From NCBI RefSeq assembly GCF_038025025.1, contig NW_027117342.1:2232001-2296000 (forward strand): DNA of 64,000 bases. The letters are read 5' to 3'. Each line of letters begins with the position of its first letter. The stretch's first letter is position 1. This DNA is from Phyllosticta citribraziliensis (taxonomy: Eukaryota). Shown here in pieces: positions 1 to 11,000 of this stretch. The position numbers were made by a program, and so were the translations under genes. The notes below the pieces were generated by a model. The model was not told the origin of the DNA and did not search any database. It saw only the letters and a list, made by a program, of their open reading frames with translations.

Positions 1-1395
1 TGTGCGACGCCCTGAGACGCCCGCCGCGAACGGAGAGAAAACACGTCCTCGACCCTCCCTTCACCACCTCACCACCTCAAGCAGATCATGTGGAGCCTGC
101 CATGTGAATCCGCAAGGATCATGACCAGCACCCGACTGCCAGGCCATGACCTCAACACCTTGCACTCCGTCACCGCCTCTACTTGCTACAGTACATCACA
201 CGTACTGCCAGAAGCAAAAACACCTCTCTTCACCTCTTTTCCTCCCCGTGGCTGCGCTAGGCCCATCTGCTAAGGTGCCTCCTCGCCACATGTAGTCATT
301 CGAGGCGCCTCTTGCCCCCAACCTTAATTCTGCCACACCGCGCCCCCATCATATATCTGCCTCGCCACGGTCCGACTCTGTCCTCAGGCTACAAGCCCTT
401 TGTCTGGTTTTGGCGCCACCTGTCGTCTATTTCTCACTCGAATCAGCGCATCCCCAAATGTCAGACGACAGCATGGTTTGGCAATGCGCATGACGCACAC
501 CTACTACTTCCGGCACTCGGTTCAAACACTTATTCTGCAAACACCTCGCATGCGTTTCCAAATCTGTCCGATGGGTGTCGACGTTTCTCCGTGTCTTTTT
601 TGGCTTGCTTGTTTTCTCTCTCCCTCCACTCCTTTGCACTACCCTCTTGAAATTCACCAAATAATAGAACTGATCAAACTAGTTCATTGCGCTGCCATTG
701 CGCCGCCATTGTGCTATTATTGTGCCGCTGAGGTTGTGCGAAAGTCATTCCATCTAAACCAACTATTTCGTGGTAGACATCCTACCTTACCCGATTGTTA
801 TGCGACATAGTGTCTTCATGGAGCCAATATAGCAGTCCGCCCCCTGAACCTTCTCTGACCCCTTTTCACTTCCAGTCACGATTGTCACCTGCAAATTCCA
901 AACCTCCAAGTGATTGTACATTCCATGGTGATATGATTCGATATATTCGTCTTGATCAAGCGCCGAGATCTGGTTTTGGGTTGGCGTCGACACATCAAGG
1001 TTGCCGCGGCGCCAGGGGGCCATTGTGAATGTCGGCGACACCACCAACCTTCCAGCAGTAGACCTTCCAGCTGTAGAGGCGAACCCTAACCAAATGCCTC
1101 GCCCCCTTCTCCACACTCCCCACCATCACCTATCCTCACCTTCTGTCTGGTGTTGAGTGGAGAGCAGACGCGTCCCCTTCATCAGCGCCCACCTCTTGCG
1201 GAGAACGACGACCACACGGCTGTGAACGCGGCTCAGATACCACCTCACGATCTCCGCCATTCCGCTTAAGCCTACTCCTTCTCGCACTTGAGGATCCCCC
1301 ATGTCCGACATCTTGCCCCGAGGCTTTGAGACCCGCTCCTCCGGGGAGTGCAACCCGTATCTCAACATCGGCCATGTCCAGAACTTCTTCCTCAC

Positions 1396-2412
1396 ATGAG
1401 GAACGAGTACTCGCCATTCCCTGGAGACCACGGCACAAAGAGCAGCAGCAGCAGCAGCAGCCAGACAAGCAGCAATCTGCCCCTCTATCCGAACAGCGGG
1501 CGCACACAGCCCGACAACGCCTCGCGCTGGACGAACCTGGGCCGCCTCCTGATAGCCAACTCCTCCGCGATGCTCCCCACCCAGCTCCACCGCCAGGCCA
1601 ACAACGACCTAACATACCTGCGCGACAGCCTCAACGCCTGGGACATCCCCCTCGACTCCAAAGCGCGGCTCTACGCCATCATCAAACACTTCAGCAGCAA
1701 GCGCGGCCGCTTCTCGCGCGTCCGCACCAAGCTGGTCCGCGCCGCGCGCTGGCCCGCCCTCGTCGAGCACCTCCTGGCCGACATGCGCCTCCTGGCGGCG
1801 CTCTTCTACAACCCGGCCATCCAGGGCGGCGTGGGCGTCGTCTTTGATGGCGCGGAGTCGCCGCGCGAGCGTTCCCGCCGCGACGTCGTCGCTTTCGCTG
1901 CCTCCATCTTCACCTGCTTCGATAACGCCATGCGCGAGTACAGTCTCACTCGGAGTGCGCTTCTGCGCGCTAAGCTTGCCGCCAAGCTGGATGGTTTGGG
2001 ATTGCGCCGCCGTCGTCGAGGTGGAGGAGGCCGCGGTGGAGGAGCGGACTGGGAGGCGACTCCGCGGACGTACCATTTCTGCTTCTCCGATGACAGTCTG
2101 TCGCAGCAGTCCACGGCCAACTCGACGGACCCTGCGCCTCTCTTCGACCACCATCGGGAGGGTTTGTTCGCTGAAGATGGAGCCGACTACGCCAACTACA
2201 CTCCCGAATATGTCTATCGTGGAGCGGGAGGACGTGGATATCGGAATGAAATCGAGACGCTCACTGAGACGTCCGTGGCCACAGAGATTCCGGAGATTCC
2301 AGAGGAACAGCTGGTGCCGGCGCGCAGGACATACGACCTTAGCCTGTCTCTGAGGAGGCGACCAAATGGACCGAGGAGAATCCGTGACATTGTCGGTGGT
2401 TTGTGGGACTGA
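1396..2412 (+). CDS. Hypothetical protein (~338 aa from first in-frame ATG); no recognisable domain; upstream exons not excluded
   Basis: Long ORF with strong C/G third-position bias at 1560-1940 and a poly-Ser tract from a (CAG)n repeat. Confidence 0.6.
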   Translation: MRNEYSPFPGDHGTKSSSSSSSQTSSNLPLYPNSGRTQPDNASRWTNLGRLLIANSSAMLPTQLHRQANNDLTYLRDSLNAWDIPLDSKARLYAIIKHFSSKRGRFSRVRTKLVRAARWPALVEHLLADMRLLAALFYNPAIQGGVGVVFDGAESPRERSRRDVVAFAASIFTCFDNAMREYSLTRSALLRAKLAAKLDGLGLRRRRRGGGGRGGGADWEATPRTYHFCFSDDSLSQQSTANSTDPAPLFDHHREGLFAEDGADYANYTPEYVYRGAGGRGYRNEIETLTETSVATEIPEIPEEQLVPARRTYDLSLSLRRRPNGPRRIRDIVGGLWD

Positions 2413-3484
2413 AGTTGACTCTCGAAAAAAGGGATTCGTTCTTCGCGCCCCACGAACGAGAGAGGAAGCTTCTTTTCCGTAGCGAAGAATGGTACTTGAC
2501 AATGGGTCTTAGCTGAGACCTGATTTTTGGAATATGCTCAACCCGTGCAACTACAATGATTCTTTTGTCGAGTGCACTTTGAGTGCCATTCCAGTGCTGT
2601 GGACAGTTGAAAAAGATACAACGACGACCAAACACCAAGGAGCAGTGCACCTGTGTTCCAAGGCTAGAAAAGTTTTCCGGTCTCCGATACGTAAGCAGAG
2701 CCATGAGGCCCACACCAACACGCAGAGATCGCAGTCATCATCTCGTCGAGAAGCAAAGAGGCGCCACTTCAACCTACACCTCTTCTACCTGTAGCCCAGG
2801 CAGTGCCCATGACTCGACTCTCCGTCCGACGAGCAGCTTCTGTATCTGCGCTCGCCAGCTAGGGATGCTGCGTGCCAGTCACATGGCCGAGTGCCTACAC
2901 TCGACCTCTGCCAGATCATCGCACTTCTGTTCAGAGCAAACTAAGAATCGCCGGCCCGACTGGCGCGTCAGCCCTGTGAATGAGGTGACGTCCATGTCTT
3001 AGACAGCCAGCCACCGCCGTTCACAGGGCGAGCATACCGATTCAGATGTGCCTGTTACTCAGCTGTGGGGATTGCAAACAGCAGCGTTGACGGAGGGAGC
3101 CCGGCAATAACGACCCAGATTAATAGGTTCCTGGGCGGAAAAGAGGTGTACGGGTGTTTTCGTGAAAGGCAAATGTTTTATTGAATGGTTGTCTCGTCCG
3201 AATCTTCCCAAAAGGACCAGTCGCGCGCGGACGGTCCGACCCAACTTGTCTTACACATGATCAACTTCCAAACCGCGTTCAGAGGTCAGGCTCAAAGTGT
3301 CCTGCTCAATCCTGTCCGTGTGATGCGCATCTGTGACGAAAGAGAACGCCAAAACACCGAGCCCAGCTCTTTGTTCGCCCCCAAGGTTCCAATGTCAGCC
3401 GGAGAAGAGAAGAGTGTGATGCTTTTCCAGGCACCTCGTGCAACCAGAAAGAGGGTCCGGAAAGCGCTGCATCATTGACGTTGC

Positions 3485-4339
3485 TCAGGACGCAGCAGGA
3501 GCGCCGGCGAATCTAGCCTTCCTTGCTTCGGCTGCGGCGCGGTCGGCGTCGCTCATCCAGGTGCCACTGGAACCGTTGGCGGCGCGGTTGGACCCCTGGC
3601 GCTCGTTGCCTCCGCCACCCCTTCCAGGGGCGGGTCTTCCACCCCGACCCCTTCTCTTAGAATTTCCCCGTCGACCATCTTCGCCAGCATCCCTGACTCG
3701 CTTTGGCCTCCGCTCTGGCAAAGCCTCGTTCAGGCCTGAGATGCCCTCAGAAGCTTCGATGCCGAATTTCTTGGCGCGCTCAAGCTTCTTTTGAGTCTCA
3801 TCATCCTCGGTGATTCCAAACTTCTTGGCGCGTGCCTTGCGCTTCTCAAGCTCCTCGTCCAGGGAGATGTCCTTCAGCCCAGAGGCAAAGTCCTTCTTCT
3901 CGGCCTCCGTTGGTCCCTCGGCGTCTTCGGCAGATTTGGTAGCGGCGTCCTCACCCTTTGGCTCGGCCTGCACAGACAAGTCATCGGTTTGGCTGGGATC
4001 AACAGCAGCCTCTTGATTTGGGACAGCCTGCGGATTAGCAACCTGTCCCTTCCCTCCAGCAGCGATGGCCACAGCCCCAGCTTCAGTCGACGCAGCCTTG
4101 GCAGCCTCGGTTGGATTGTCATCGTCCCAGTCAATTTCGTCTTCGGCAGTAGCGGCAGTCTTGCTTGTTTCGGTGGTGGTAGGAGCAGGTGTCGTAGTTG
4201 CTGATTCGTTGCCGGCGTCGGCCTTGTCTGCGTCCTGGAGACGGGCCACCATTTCGGCCTTTTTGCCAGTGTGAGGGAGCGAGCGTTGCTTGAGGAGAGC
4301 CTCGAGCTCAGCATTCTTCATCTTCGCATAGTCCGGCAT
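3485..4339 (-). CDS. THO1: SAP-domain mRNP/export protein of the Tho1/SARNP/Mlo1 family, intronless
   Basis: N-terminal SAP motif YAKMKNAELEALLKQRSLPHTGKKAEMVARL; repeated Tho1/MOS11-type motif EELEKRKARAKKFGI / KKLERAKKFGI; RGG-rich C-terminus. Confidence 0.85.
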   Translation of the reverse strand: MPDYAKMKNAELEALLKQRSLPHTGKKAEMVARLQDADKADAGNESATTTPAPTTTETSKTAATAEDEIDWDDDNPTEAAKAASTEAGAVAIAAGGKGQVANPQAVPNQEAAVDPSQTDDLSVQAEPKGEDAATKSAEDAEGPTEAEKKDFASGLKDISLDEELEKRKARAKKFGITEDDETQKKLERAKKFGIEASEGISGLNEALPERRPKRVRDAGEDGRRGNSKRRGRGGRPAPGRGGGGNERQGSNRAANGSSGTWMSDADRAAAEARKARFAGAPAAS

Positions 4340-7300
4340 GGTGTCGAGTGCGATGACGGTGAGACGAAGCTGGCTGTCGCGACGCGTCGGTTAACTAGGA
4401 GCTTGCGAGGAGGCGGCTGAGAGGGTCGGGAACGAGGCAGACAATGACGGATTATACTAACAGTTGGGATGAGGTATGTTTGACCGTGATGGCAAAGCGA
4501 TTGGCGACACGTTGGGGTGTTTGATGGAGGTTGAGTTGTTTGGTTGTTCGCGATGTGTTTATTGCCAAGTGAAGCGCGGTCGAAAGATGTTGGCCGGAAC
4601 AGATGGGGTGCAGGGAAGTTACGACCAACGTGCACTCAAGCCCCACTGCCAGCGCCACACTGCCCTGTGGCGCCACGCAGATGCCACACGCCCTGCACTT
4701 TCGCCAGCTGCAAATCCTTCGCCTCGTTCTCCACGACCACTCTCCTTCTCGCCTCTTGGACCCACCTTCGCCTGACTCTCCGAAGCACGGAAGGACCTGA
4801 AGTCTTTCTCTCCTGCATGCCTTGGACGAGGCTATCCCAGCCAGCAAGCGGAGTCTCCGAAACGCAGAGCGCAGTACCGGCCAAACGGCCAATTCTTGAT
4901 GTCAACTCCGGGGCCCGACTGCACTCAAAGACATGTCATATCCAAGGCGCCCGTATTGCTTTCTTTGTCCGGGGAGAGGTTTTTCCCCTTACTAGGAGCG
5001 CGCGATGTCTCTTTAAGAACCAGTCCCTAGAGACCAGTTGACGATGCCCCGAATCTATCGGAGTTCGCCGCAGAGATTCCAGGCTGGCGGCTCGTCGGCT
5101 ACTTGAGCTCTGCGAGCATACTCATGGAGTCTCAGCCAATGTACTGCAAGATTCATCCGTGGCAATGAGCAAGAGCAACCAGGATTCGTGTGGTCAGCAA
5201 TGACAAGCGGAAGCAGCCGCTCGTTACCCTGGTACTCCACCAATTTCCATGCAAAGGCTATCTTGGGTTTGTTTTCATGTTCCTCCTATCGGAGCTTTGC
5301 TGTCTCTTCTTCGTTTGTCCTTACTTCTGCTTTTTAGAGCTAATTCAAGATTCTTGACTTTACGTTCAACACCCGCGCCTATGCGTCTCTCAGCCAGGAA
5401 CAACGCCATCTTTGGCGTCCACTGACGCGTGTCCACTTCCGCCTAATCCATCTAAGCATCATGACTTGGGCTGAGGCTTTTACCAGGCGCATTCTAGATT
5501 CCGTGGAAGACGTACTTACTGAAAGCCAACATCTCTTGGCGCTATCTTCTCCATTCCCAACGATTCAAGTTTTCGATATTCTGTAGGAGGAACCTAATTA
5601 TGGCGCCGACGGGTCCGTCGAATGCCGACTCAGGTTTCCATGTCTTATGACAACCGTGTTTGCGGAGAGCCTTCAGATGTGTTTCCCCAGTATCAATTAC
5701 CCACGCTTCGCGCCTCGACTGTGGTGGAACACAGTCCTAGAACAATGGAGGGGCAATGAAGGCCTCCGAGCTGATCCACTGCCAGTGCCCAGCACTTAAC
5801 TGGAAGCATGTTGCCTGCCGTGTTGAGGCTACCCCACTCCGGCCATTGGACCTGTCGTATTTTTGGCGCCAAGGGCCACAACCAACTCCAGGAACTTTTT
5901 CCACCGGCGAGGTCGAGATTGACTATCGCATATGTCAGAATCTGTCAGACTGGCACATGCGAGCTCGGCCCAAAAAGAGCAAGTTTCGGTGTGCAAGGAG
6001 ACTTGGCGATGCTGCAGCAGGCGATACAGGGTCGGAAACTTAATTGCACCAACAAGGGCGAGATCCGAATACGTCCAGGGTCAAAGACGCCTGTGGGATG
6101 GAAAAAATCGACAAGTTCGTCAGTTACCCCACAGCGCGCAATTTCCTCGTGCCAACCAGCTGGAGCAAGAGCAATTTCACCGCCTCGAATCCCTGTTACG
6201 GGCTGTGTTCTCCGAGCAGGGCACAAACCGGCAGCAAGTCCATCTCCGTAAGCGCCCCGGGAGGACAGCGGGTAGTCCTGTGGAAATGGTGGTGGGCACT
6301 GGAAGAGGACTCGTGTGCCGCGACTTGGATTGTGCAGGCCAAAGTCAACGAGTCAGGACGCGATGGTGCTATCCGGCGGGGCGAGACGGGAAAGGCGGGA
6401 ACCGCCCGTTCGACAGACTAGGTGGGACATGGCGTGGGATGGACCCTGCAACGCCGATGGATTGGCGCCGGCGGACAGGAAAGGGGAGCAGCTCAGGTTG
6501 GCATGCCAGTGAAGATGTACAGACGCTTTCTAGCGCTTTGATTGGACGAAGCACCCTACACTAAATCAGCTGACTGAAATCTTGGCGACCACGGTGTGAA
6601 GAAGCCGCCAATCAAGAGGGCCGGCAAGGATGCGAATGCCCCTCGCCGTGCGACGATTGAGAAATCCTCCGCCATGGACGTCTGTCGAAGAATGCAGAGG
6701 TCCTCCCTGAAGAAGCTGAACAGCCTGGCAGCATGCCGCGCCTGATGAGGTGTCCTTGAGAGTGGCGAAGCGCAGAACGGCACAGCCACAGGCTCAACAG
6801 AAGGGCTCGGGGTAGCCGACGAGTCGACGAGTGCACGCAGAGCTGCCCTACGCCACCATGTCAAGTTGAGACGAGATGCGGCGACGCGGAGCACATGGCT
6901 GCAAGGCTCTTTAGCCCCGAGCAATGATAGCGAATGCCACGTCGTGGAATCAAGGTAATTGGGCAACGAAAGGAGCGTCGGGGTCCTTGGTGGCGGTCGA
7001 GAGCGGAGGGGAGGGGAGGGGGCACAGGAAGAGGGTGATCACGATGCCCTGTGCGCTGGCATGGCATCGCTACTCCACAGCGGACCTCAGCGACGGCGAC
7101 GACGACAAACCGGCGCGTCGGACAGACCGAGCGACTGTTCCCGGCAAACCGACGCAATGGTGGGGCTGGAGGGAGCAAGAGAAGGAGAACGACGGGAGCA
7201 AAAGAAAAAGAAAAAGAAAAAAGAGAGCGACAAACGGCGTCGGGTCCATGGCTGGCGGGAAGGCCCTCGGGCGTGCAGGGAAGCACCCCAACCCACCACC

Positions 7301-8090
7301 TCACATCCTACAGTCCCTATCCACGCACGCACATCATGATGCCCCGCCACGTCCACCAAGCGCCCAACCCAACGGCAACCCCCAAGCTGCACGCTGCCGT
7401 CGGGAACATGACTGACTGTCTGTCTTCCGTTAGGTTGCTCGTTCCCACCTCAGCGTCATGTCAGTCAGTCAGTCGGCTATCGCGTCTCCCATCCCCTGCG
7501 CATTCGCTGCCTCCCGCTCCGCCGTGCTCACGTCACAAGCCTCAAGTCTTCGACACCAACCTCCCTGTTCCCAGTGCGAATCGCCCTCCTCGCTCCCCAT
7601 CCATCAATAGCGCCCGCGCGTCAATCTGCCCGGGCCGCAGCCTTGGTTCGCCTGGGCTGGCACCTCTTTTGCTCCTTCGGCACCACCGGTGGCGTCACAA
7701 GTACAAGAGACAAGAGAGCCTCCCTCCTACTTTATCCTTCTTCTCGCACCTTGCCCTTCGAATTTTCCCCCGACTCCATGCCCATGCCCCCGCGCTCTCG
7801 CCCTCGCTAAAAAGTATTTTCACGGCCTGGCCTGCCTGCATGCTGCTCCGCTCGCGCGAGCTGACTGCATACGCTACTTGGCTCTCCGCGCGCCTGGTTC
7901 CGTCACCTCGTATGCGCCGTCCTAGTTACTTTCTTCTTCCCTTGTGCGAGCATTTACTCACCACTGCCGCCGTCTTCAGAGTGCACAACAGACGACCTCG
8001 AGCTTCCATGCGCTCCTCAGCGCACCGATTCGCCATAGCCAATCCTGCCCTCGGCGTTCCTTGCATCGTCGCATCCAGCAGGTCTCGGCC

Positions 8091-11000
8091 ATGGCGTCCC
8101 AAAACCCGCAGCCCGTCTCCTCCTGGTTCAGACGTGATGCTTCGTCGTCGGCCATTCCACAGCGCAAGCCTTCGAACCATTTGCCATCGAGACTAGGCGG
8201 TCCCGCCGCCTCTTCTCTGCCAGTCAATGCCCGTCCGCTCCAACGCACCCCGAGCAAACTTACCAAAAAGGCCCACGACAGGCCGACTCTTGGTCCGGCA
8301 GGTAGCAGTTCGACTGTCCAACAGAGGGTTGTACCGCCGTCTAAGAGCTCGGGTAGTGCTGGCCTGCACCGCGAGAACAACCATGGCTCGGAATCAAATC
8401 ACCATCCAACCAAGACCCGTGTTCCACGTTTCGATGCAGCGACTACCCGTACACCTCCCCTTGCTGCCGCATCTTCGCTTGCGTCAGGGTCCTCTGCTGC
8501 ATCTACTCATAGCAGCCCCAGGACCGCTGTGTTGAGGAGGAAACCTTCATCCATCGGCAGACCTTCGCTGCGTGCTCGCACCGTGACTGAGCCTTCAGTG
8601 ATGATGCATGAAAATGCCTCCATTGCAAAGGCTCTTTCGAGCACGACCCCTGATCCTTACTCAGACACAGTCCTGGGCGTTGCCATGCCTTCTGCTCCCC
8701 CGCCCCCGCTGAGTGGGGAGCGCGAGCAGCCCCCTGGCAGCCAGCCACACGACCAAGCGGACCCCGCCTACCATGCGCATCCCTTCTGTACGGACCAAGA
8801 GAGACCAAATCAGCTCCTTGCTCCAAATCGATCGCAGTCTACGCCGGCTTATGCGCTTTCTGCCAGCCCCTCGACCCGATGCTCCGAATCCCCTGGTCAT
8901 TTCAGTCATGCCTCCTCTTCCACATCCATGTCGTCTCCCTCCCCCGGCATGGTGACAAGAGTCAGATCACGGACGAGGCAAATCAGCCCCATCACGATTA
9001 GACCTTCCCTGGATCGCAGCAAAACCGAAACAATCGCATCTAATCCAACAGCGGCGACGGACAGGCGCGGGCCCATCGCACGCTGTAATGAATCCGCGAC
9101 TTCCTCGTCCTCATCATCCACTGTGATTGGCATCGAGCAAGGCAAGCGGGAGAGAAAGGTACCCTCCCAAAAGGACGCACATTCAGGAGTGCTGAAAAGG
9201 TCAGCTGTGGGGAAGCCTACTGATATCAAGGACAAATCCGCACAGGCACTGCCTCCTTCTGTCCCAAAGCAATCATCTGAGCATTCAGGACGGGAACGAC
9301 CCATCTACCCGCCCCCTGAATTGGCACATCTGGCCGATGCTGACAACAAACCCTCGGTTTCGACTCACTTGCCCCGGCCTGCTCGACCGAGCCGTGAAGG
9401 AACGCAAGACCTTTCTCATCTTCAACGACCATCCCCAGTGGTCCAAAGCAATCTCACAAGCCTTCCTACTGCCCGTCACAGACGGCAAATTTCCTCTGGA
9501 TCTGCCAGCCCTGGGTCGTTTGCCAGCCGCATCACTTCGCCACAGACCAGCAATGGCTCGAAGAAGCCCTCCATCTCGACTAGCACCACATCGCCGAATC
9601 TGAGTCTCCCAGACTCTCATCTATCGCCCATATCGACCCACGATTCAAATATAGAAGAGAAGACTCGAGGTCTCAGTCCCGGTAACGGTAACGGTACTGC
9701 GCGATTCGGCTTCTTTTCGAGAAAATCTCCCGCTCAAGAAAATGTAGCCGCAAGCGCCGTGCTACGCAAAGAGAAGAAGGTCGTCCGCAAGGGACCTATG
9801 GCGGGGACTGGTCATGAGGGCTACGGAAAATATGGCATTGGAAGAGGCCGAAGCATCAGCACGAATAGCCTGACCTCAAGTTTCGGTCGTTCACCAAGCT
9901 CCGAAAGTATAACAAGCAACAACGCTGGAAGACCACCCGCGAACCGCAAGGACAGTCATGATAATGGCCATCGCAAGGACAACATGTCCAGCCAGAAAGA
10001 GACAGGGATGGATGACTTTTTACGGGAGCGACTCCAACCGGTGATCTTGAGAGGGGAAGGCAGTGCTGGGTCCAGCATAGCGACAAGCTCCGAAGCAGCG
10101 GTGAGCACCAGCAGCTTGGGCTCTGCTCCACCACCCAGGCCCGCCACGGCTCCTCGAAACGATTCCAATGCGTCACTGGCAGCAGCCACCGGAAGCCAGA
10201 GACCGAGTGTGGATCGTAGCCGGCCGACTCTACTTCCTTCGTCCATGACGGATAGCATTCGAGGTAAATCGCCGCTCAGGGCTCTGGCAGGAAGACACAA
10301 GCGGACTGTAAGCAACGATTCAGCCTTGTCAGTCGAGCCTGCTCCCCAGTACTCCAACACAACATATGGACCATCCGGATCAAAGAAAGTCATCATCGCC
10401 TCTCCATCAACAGACTCAAGCCCCGCCAGACCTCAAAAGAAGGAGAAGGATGGTCCCTCGAAGCTGAACCGGAAATGGAATTTCTTTCAGCGCGCCCATT
10501 CCACTCCTAAAAATCCTGCTCCTCCGCCATCGATGGCATTCAAGCAACAGATGCCTTTTACAGTCCCATCATCACTCTCGAATCGACCAGTTGCCCACTA
10601 CGCCCTCGATGAAACGGAAGAGAAACCCATCAATATCCAGGAGCTTGAGTTAATGATGGAAGAAGTCGCACGAGGTGCAGATGATTCGGAAAAGGAAAGA
10701 TCTCGACCTCCTTCCTCACAGGAAAGAAAGCAAAGTCATGATTCCGTGCTCTTACCTCCACCGCCTATTCTTCGATGGCCGTTTGAGAGCATTGACCCTA
10801 CGCCACTTACATCGCCTACTGTCTCACGATACCTAGACTCTGATAGTGGATCGCATCTAGACCCATCCCGAGTTGATCTGAGATCCCCATCACCTTTGTC
10901 ATTCAGCCCGCTGGCCAAGGAGGGACCCCCTGTCCCAAGGGGAACCAGCAGTGACCTCAAGAGCAAAACTGGAGATCCACCAACTCCACCAACTAAAAGT

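Noticed and set aside
1082..1091. AACCCTAACC, a telomere-repeat or telomerase-RNA-template-like 10-mer
   Set aside because: About one such match is expected by chance in 64 kb over all permutations and strands; no pseudoknot or CR4/5 could be identified, and a coding-like ORF follows.
5476..5487. GCTTTTACCAGG resembling U5 snRNA loop 1
   Set aside because: Lacks the invariant GCCUUUUAC and a flanking stem.
7051..8196. 381-aa ORF upstream of and overlapping the large MTase-like gene
   Set aside because: Low-complexity Arg/Pro/Ser sequence running through (GAAAA)n and promoter-like DNA; typical of a chance ORF in GC-rich sequence.
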